Source: an uncultured Bacteroidales bacterium (lineage in GTDB: Bacteria > Bacteroidota > Bacteroidia > Bacteroidales > FEN-979). From it: a DNA stretch of 64,000 nucleotides. This document shows, piece after piece, positions 59,153-64,000 of the stretch (the stretch's first letter is position 1; every line of letters begins with the position of its first letter). The notes under the pieces are model-generated. The model was not told where the DNA came from and did no database searches. It was given only the letters and a program-made list of their open reading frames with translations. The position numbers and the translations under genes were made by a program. The stretch is from contig CAJBYO010000015.1 of NCBI GenBank assembly GCA_903959905.1, positions 529 through 64,528 of the forward strand, in the 5' to 3' direction.

Positions 59153-60665
59153 CCTGCTTCTTCTCCGGCCTCATCTGCGGGAAGAACAGCACATCCTGAA
59201 TGGAAGCTGAATTTGTCATGATCATGGTGAGCCGGTCAATGCCAATGCCAAGTCCGGCAGTGGGTGGCATCCCGAATTCAAGGGCGCGGAGGAAATCTTC
59301 GTCAAGCACCATGGATTCATCATCGCCCCGCTTGCCGAGTTCGAGCTGCGACTCAAACCGTTCACGCTGGTCGATCGGATCGTTCAGCTCAGAGAATGAA
59401 TTGCAAAGCTCTTTCCCGTTGCAGATCGCTTCAAATCGCTCAACCAGTCCGGGCTTGCTGCGGTGTTTTTTTGCCAGTGGCGACATTTCCACCGGGTAAT
59501 CGGTGATAAAAGTAGGCTGAATAAGAAAAGGTTCACACTTTTCGCCGAAGATCTGGTCAATCAGTTTGCCTTTGGCCATGGTGTGGTCGATGGGCACATC
59601 AAGCTCCTTTGCAATGGCAACGAGTTCATCCTCCGATTTGCCGTCGATATTGATCCCGGTAAAATGTTGAATGGCTTCAAACATGGTAAACCGTTTCCAT
59701 GGCCGCTTGAAATCGATGAGATTTTCACCCACCTGCACTTCTGTTTTACCGTGAAGATCGAAGGCGATCTTCTCCACCATCTCCTCCACCAGGTCCATCA
59801 TCCATTCATAGTCCTTATAGGCAACGTAAAGTTCCATCTGGGTGAATTCAGGGTTGTGGAACCGGTCCATGCCTTCATTGCGGAAATCTTTTGAGAATTC
59901 ATACACCCCGTCGTAGCCCCCGACAATAAGCCGTTTCAGGTAAAGCTCATTGGCGATCCTGAGGTACAGGGTCATATCAAGCGTGTTGTGAAATGTTTTG
60001 AACGGTCGTGCAGCGGCACCACCGTAGAGGGGTTGCAATATCGGGGTTTCAACTTCCAGGTATGATTTGGCGTTCAGGTAATTGCGCATTGAATTCTGGA
60101 GGATGTTCCGTTTTACGAAAACATCGCGTACATCCGGGTTTACAATCAGGTCGACATAGCGCTGGCGGTATCTTTGCTCAGGATCTGTATAGGCATCAAA
60201 AACCTCGTCTTCCTTCTCCTTCACGATCGGCAGCGGACGGAGCGACTTGCTCAGCAATTTGAGCGACTGCACATGGATGGTGATTTCCCCCATCTGGGTG
60301 ATGAAAACAAACCCGGTGATTCCAATGATGTCGCCGATGTCAAGCAGTTTCTTGAACACGGTATTGTATAGTGTTTTATCCTCTCCGGGGCAGATGTCAT
60401 CCCGTTTTACATAGATCTGGATCCTGCCGCTTTCGTCCTGGAGTTCAACAAAGGACGCCGCGCCCATGATCCGTCGGCTCATGATCCGGCCGGCGATGCT
60501 TGCCTGCTGATAGAGTGTATTGTCGGCCGGGTAGTTTGCTTTGATGTCGGAAGATTTTACGTTGACTTCAAATGTTTCCGGCGGGTAAGGGTTAATGCCA
60601 AGTTTAATGATCTCGCTTAGTGAATTTCTGCGTATGGTTTCCTGTTCGGATAATCCTGTTATCAT
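59130..60665 (-). CDS. lysS: Lysine--tRNA ligase (class II)
   Basis: [49 protein letters not shown] box at 60682-60689. Confidence 0.97.
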   Translation of the reverse strand: MITGLSEQETIRRNSLSEIIKLGINPYPPETFEVNVKSSDIKANYPADNTLYQQASIAGRIMSRRIMGAASFVELQDESGRIQIYVKRDDICPGEDKTLYNTVFKKLLDIGDIIGITGFVFITQMGEITIHVQSLKLLSKSLRPLPIVKEKEDEVFDAYTDPEQRYRQRYVDLIVNPDVRDVFVKRNILQNSMRNYLNAKSYLEVETPILQPLYGGAAARPFKTFHNTLDMTLYLRIANELYLKRLIVGGYDGVYEFSKDFRNEGMDRFHNPEFTQMELYVAYKDYEWMMDLVEEMVEKIAFDLHGKTEVQVGENLIDFKRPWKRFTMFEAIQHFTGINIDGKSEDELVAIAKELDVPIDHTMAKGKLIDQIFGEKCEPFLIQPTFITDYPVEMSPLAKKHRSKPGLVERFEAICNGKELCNSFSELNDPIDQRERFESQLELGKRGDDESMVLDEDFLRALEFGMPPTAGLGIGIDRLTMIMTNSASIQDVLFFPQMRPEKKQASEEVAK

Positions 60666-60694
60666 GTTGCCAAATTTTCGGCAAAGATAAGGAT

Positions 60695-61453
60695 TTACGC
60701 CAATACATCATGCAGGATGAGATGCGACTGCACGCCTTTGAACCCCGGCAGGTGTAGCTGGTAATAGACGAGGATCGTTTCAAGGATCTGTTTCCTGGAT
60801 CCGGCATTCGGGAATAATCCTCCATGGTTCCAGTCAACGGGTTCGCCCGGGAGTTCATCTGGTTCGCCGCTGCTTTCAAGCAATTTGTGTAGCAGCACGC
60901 TGGTATCGGGCAAAAGATAATAAGGATGGTCGGGAATGGCCGGCTGGAAAAGGCCTTCACGCATGTTGAAGACAGGGCTCAGCGCGGAGTAATTGTCATG
61001 GGGAAAGATTCCCAGGAAATGCATGAGCCGCACTGCAAACGTAATGTGGAAGCCTGATACACTGGTTTCGGCATCATCCAGTTGCTGTGTGGAGGTCCAG
61101 AGAAAGTCAAACAGGGCGGGGTTGGGCTCTTCCTCCCTGATCACTTTGTAAAGCAGTTCATTGATGAACAGGGCTACAGAACTTTTAATGATGTCGAAGG
61201 GAATGGATTTGAAGGCATGGGCGAGGTGAACCTCTTTCACGGACTGCAGCGACTGGTTCTCCTTATGGTATACCACCAGGTCAAGCAGGGTCATCGACTG
61301 GAACAGCCCCGGCTTTGTTTTTGATTTTGTGCCGCGGATTCCCCTGAAAAGGTATGACTGGATTCCGAAAAGATCTGTATAAATCTTAGCGATTATACTG
61401 GTTTCGGAGTATTTGACGGTATGAAAAACGATGCCTCTTGTTGAGTGCAGCAT
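60695..61453 (-). CDS. recO: DNA repair protein RecO
   Basis: [23 protein letters not shown], Bacteroidota-type C-terminus YYQLHLPGF. Confidence 0.9.
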   Translation of the reverse strand: MLHSTRGIVFHTVKYSETSIIAKIYTDLFGIQSYLFRGIRGTKSKTKPGLFQSMTLLDLVVYHKENQSLQSVKEVHLAHAFKSIPFDIIKSSVALFINELLYKVIREEEPNPALFDFLWTSTQQLDDAETSVSGFHITFAVRLMHFLGIFPHDNYSALSPVFNMREGLFQPAIPDHPYYLLPDTSVLLHKLLESSGEPDELPGEPVDWNHGGLFPNAGSRKQILETILVYYQLHLPGFKGVQSHLILHDVLA

Positions 61454-63774
61454 CAGTTGATGATAAGGATCTTGGTCACAACCTTTTCAGTACCGTCATC
61501 GTTCGAGGCATACACCAGGTAAACGCCGGTAAGTGCTTTCTTTCCGTTAAAGTTCTTTCCGTCCCATACAGCCTGGCCTCCTTCCGCCCGTGTGGAATAA
61601 ACCAGTACACCGTTGATATCGGTGATCCTGACCTGGGCATTGCTTACAAGGCCTTTCACTGCGATGTATCCTTCATAATTTTCCCTGACAGGGTTTGGGA
61701 AGGCAAAAACGTTTTCATTGGTTTCGCCACCCGGAGTGGCCGCAGCGCGGAAGGAGATGACCCCTTTGTCGGTGGCGAAAAATGCGTCGCCATCCTGGTT
61801 GATGGCAATGCAGGTAATGCGGTCAGACAGCAACGGGCTGTTTTCGGAAGTGAAATGATATATTTGTTTCGTCCCGTCTTCTGAAAAGAGGTACACGCCG
61901 CCACGGTCGGTACCGATCCACTTCTGGTTGGCCCCGTCAACAGCTATTGCCGTGACGGTTTCATTCTCAAGGAGATACTGTACATTAAGGCCCTGAGTTA
62001 CCGTAATTTGCTGGGCATCAAAATTTTGTCCGCTGAACACACTTTCCGGGGAGTAAAAGACGCCTACCCCTTTTTCAGTTCCCACCCAGATTTCCCCTTT
62101 TTTATCTTCGGCCATGGTGAGCACGGTGGTGCCCGGGATGTTGCCGCTGCCCGGCGATGAGTTAAGCAGCCTTGACTGGTCATCACTTGGATCATCAGGC
62201 GTTCCGTTGTCGGTAAAAACAAGTACTGAATTTGAATTCATGGTGCCGTAACGCATCTGGATCCATTTCTGGCCATGCTTGTCGATGATCATAAAACCAA
62301 GGTCATTTTCATTGTTGACCGGGATGTTAAAGCTCTTCCAGTTGTCGCCGCGTTTCAGGGAGACACAATTGTTGTTGTGGGAGGTTGACACCCAGAGATT
62401 CCCTTTGCTGTCGAAGGCAACGCCGCCCACGCGGATATCCGAAGTATCGGATTTTGAGTGGTTCTGCAGCGAACTGTTGCCGTATGTAAACCGCCTGATA
62501 ACCGAGTCATTGTATAACTCCAGCAACCCGGATGCATAAGTTCCTGCGAAAACATGTTTGCTGTCGTTCGGATCAATGGCGATGCAAACCACATCATGGG
62601 TCCCGTTCATCACCGGGTTGTTGATCGCAGCCACATTTTTCCAGTCGGTATTGTTGAAGTGATATATCTGCGGTTGTGTCCAGATATAGCCGAATGATCC
62701 GTCACGTCCGCCGGGTGCGATGTAGAGTTCATTGCCACGGGTGGTCATGCTGAAGGCAAGGGCTGTCAGTGGGCCGCTCAGCTTCACTTGATTGGTGGCG
62801 AAGGTTGCCGGGTTGTAGTTGAGCAGCCCGTTATAGGTGTCGCCTACCCAGATGAGCCCTTCGGCATCGGCGATGCCAACCTGCGGGTAGAGGGCGGCTG
62901 AAACACGCACAAAAAGGTCAAAATTAGTGTCGATGACATTCACAAAATAATTGTATGCAACAACAAGGTACTGGTTGTTTGACTCAAGGTGCATCACCGG
63001 GTTGTAAAAATCCTGCTGCCATCGTGTCCACTGCCCGCTGGCAAATGAATAAATCGTATCAGTAGGAACGTTTGCCAGCTTTTTATTGACAAAAACGCGG
63101 CCGGAGAAATAGGTTATCGTGTTGTATGTTGCCGTGGAATCAATCCTTGAATCTTTTCTCCAGGAGGCAAAATTGGAAAGGTTCGGGTCGTTAGCGCCGG
63201 CTTTGTAAATTCCTTTCTCGGTTGCAGCAAACAGCGTGTCGTCCTGGTTTTTGGTGAGGGCCAGCACATTTACCTGGCTCCCGTCTTTGCCGATATAGTA
63301 AGTGTCGCGGAATTCTTCTTTGTCAATGTCAAGCACTACAATGCCGAATCCGCATGAAAGGTAAGCATCTTTCCCCCTGAAATAAATGTTGTTAATGGTT
63401 TTATTTCCCAGGATGGGTTTGCGTTTGATATCAGAAATGTTGATAACGGTGTTGTTCTTGATCAGGTCGATGTTCGCGTTGCTGTAAGCGATGACAAGGG
63501 TTTTGTACTCCTTGCTGTAACTGATCGTGCTGATGCCGATGTCAGATAATCCTGAAATCTTGGTTATCCTCACCACGCTGTTATCCTCCTTGTCGTAATA
63601 GAATACAGCATAAGGAGTTGAGGCATAAACCCGTGTCCCGGCATCCGTTATGGAATTGACCAGGGTATAGGGAAGTTCATCACGCCACTGGCCGATGGGT
63701 ACCTGCTGGGCAAAGGCCTGGAAAAATCCTGAAATAAAAAGGAAACTGGTCAGAAAGTAACGAAGAATCTTCAT
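61453..63774 (-). CDS. porZ: PorZ-like T9SS beta-propeller protein
   Basis: IGQWR N-terminus, GLSD, Reg_prop-type repeats (AVDGANQKWIGT), CTD FPNPVR...GVYLV; adjacent to recO. Confidence 0.8.
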   Translation of the reverse strand: MKILRYFLTSFLFISGFFQAFAQQVPIGQWRDELPYTLVNSITDAGTRVYASTPYAVFYYDKEDNSVVRITKISGLSDIGISTISYSKEYKTLVIAYSNANIDLIKNNTVINISDIKRKPILGNKTINNIYFRGKDAYLSCGFGIVVLDIDKEEFRDTYYIGKDGSQVNVLALTKNQDDTLFAATEKGIYKAGANDPNLSNFASWRKDSRIDSTATYNTITYFSGRVFVNKKLANVPTDTIYSFASGQWTRWQQDFYNPVMHLESNNQYLVVAYNYFVNVIDTNFDLFVRVSAALYPQVGIADAEGLIWVGDTYNGLLNYNPATFATNQVKLSGPLTALAFSMTTRGNELYIAPGGRDGSFGYIWTQPQIYHFNNTDWKNVAAINNPVMNGTHDVVCIAIDPNDSKHVFAGTYASGLLELYNDSVIRRFTYGNSSLQNHSKSDTSDIRVGGVAFDSKGNLWVSTSHNNNCVSLKRGDNWKSFNIPVNNENDLGFMIIDKHGQKWIQMRYGTMNSNSVLVFTDNGTPDDPSDDQSRLLNSSPGSGNIPGTTVLTMAEDKKGEIWVGTEKGVGVFYSPESVFSGQNFDAQQITVTQGLNVQYLLENETVTAIAVDGANQKWIGTDRGGVYLFSEDGTKQIYHFTSENSPLLSDRITCIAINQDGDAFFATDKGVISFRAAATPGGETNENVFAFPNPVRENYEGYIAVKGLVSNAQVRITDINGVLVYSTRAEGGQAVWDGKNFNGKKALTGVYLVYASNDDGTEKVVTKILIIN

Positions 63775-63884
63775 GAATAACGGTTTTCTGAAATGAACAA
63801 AGAGAACATTCAAAGTAACTGATTTTTTTACGTTTTATTGTTGAAAACCGATCAGAAACAATTGAATAAGACAGAAACCGGGGA

Positions 63885-64000
63885 CTAAACGATCATACCG
63901 GCAGCAACTGTTTCATTGGTTGATTCATCAATGAGGATCACACTGCCGGTAATCCGGTTCGTTGTGTATGGGTCAAAGAACAGCGGTTTGGTGGAGCGCA
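63885..64000 (-). CDS. cysN: 3' end of sulfate adenylyltransferase subunit 1 (partial, not in the ORF track)
   Basis: Translates to ...RSTKPLFFDPYTTNRITGSVILIDESTNETVAAGMIV*, the typical CysN C-terminus. Confidence 0.8.
   Translation of the reverse strand, partial: RSTKPLFFDPYTTNRITGSVILIDESTNETVAAGMIV

Noticed and set aside
31594..60665. Four aminoacyl-tRNA synthetase genes within ~30 kb
   Set aside because: They are in separate transcription units with ordinary sequences; no evidence of a functional cluster.

Overview
64 kb of a Bacteroidota (probably Bacteroidales, anaerobic) chromosome. The assignment rests on recurrent TAnnTTTG -7 promoter boxes, many type IX secretion (T9SS) C-terminal domains, a PorZ-like gene and the small ribosomal protein bS22. 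Housekeeping genes include polA, hflX, trpS, rng, HU, mutY, cysS, tyrS, lysS, recO, mltD, lnt and the 3' end of cysN. T9SS cargo comprises two gingipain-like C25 proteases, two Omp28-like CxxC proteins, a 7-repeat propeller protein, an SGNH/PKD protein and a PPAD-type deiminase. There is also a TolC-HlyD-ABC efflux operon and an SPFH-Arc-DUF1648 cassette. An accessory block (~20-30.4 kb) holds an unassigned glycyl-radical enzyme and activase, divergent from an orphan NMT1/THI5-type binding protein, a Cache histidine kinase and a REC-PP2C phosphatase; this is the best candidate for an undescribed system. The window is also dense in short 7-10 nt tandem and inverted repeat elements that sit at gene ends, supply stop codons and are translated in frame inside polA, lnt and cysS. 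No rRNA, tRNA, CRISPR array or transposase was recognised. All product calls come from motif recognition by eye; no database search was run.
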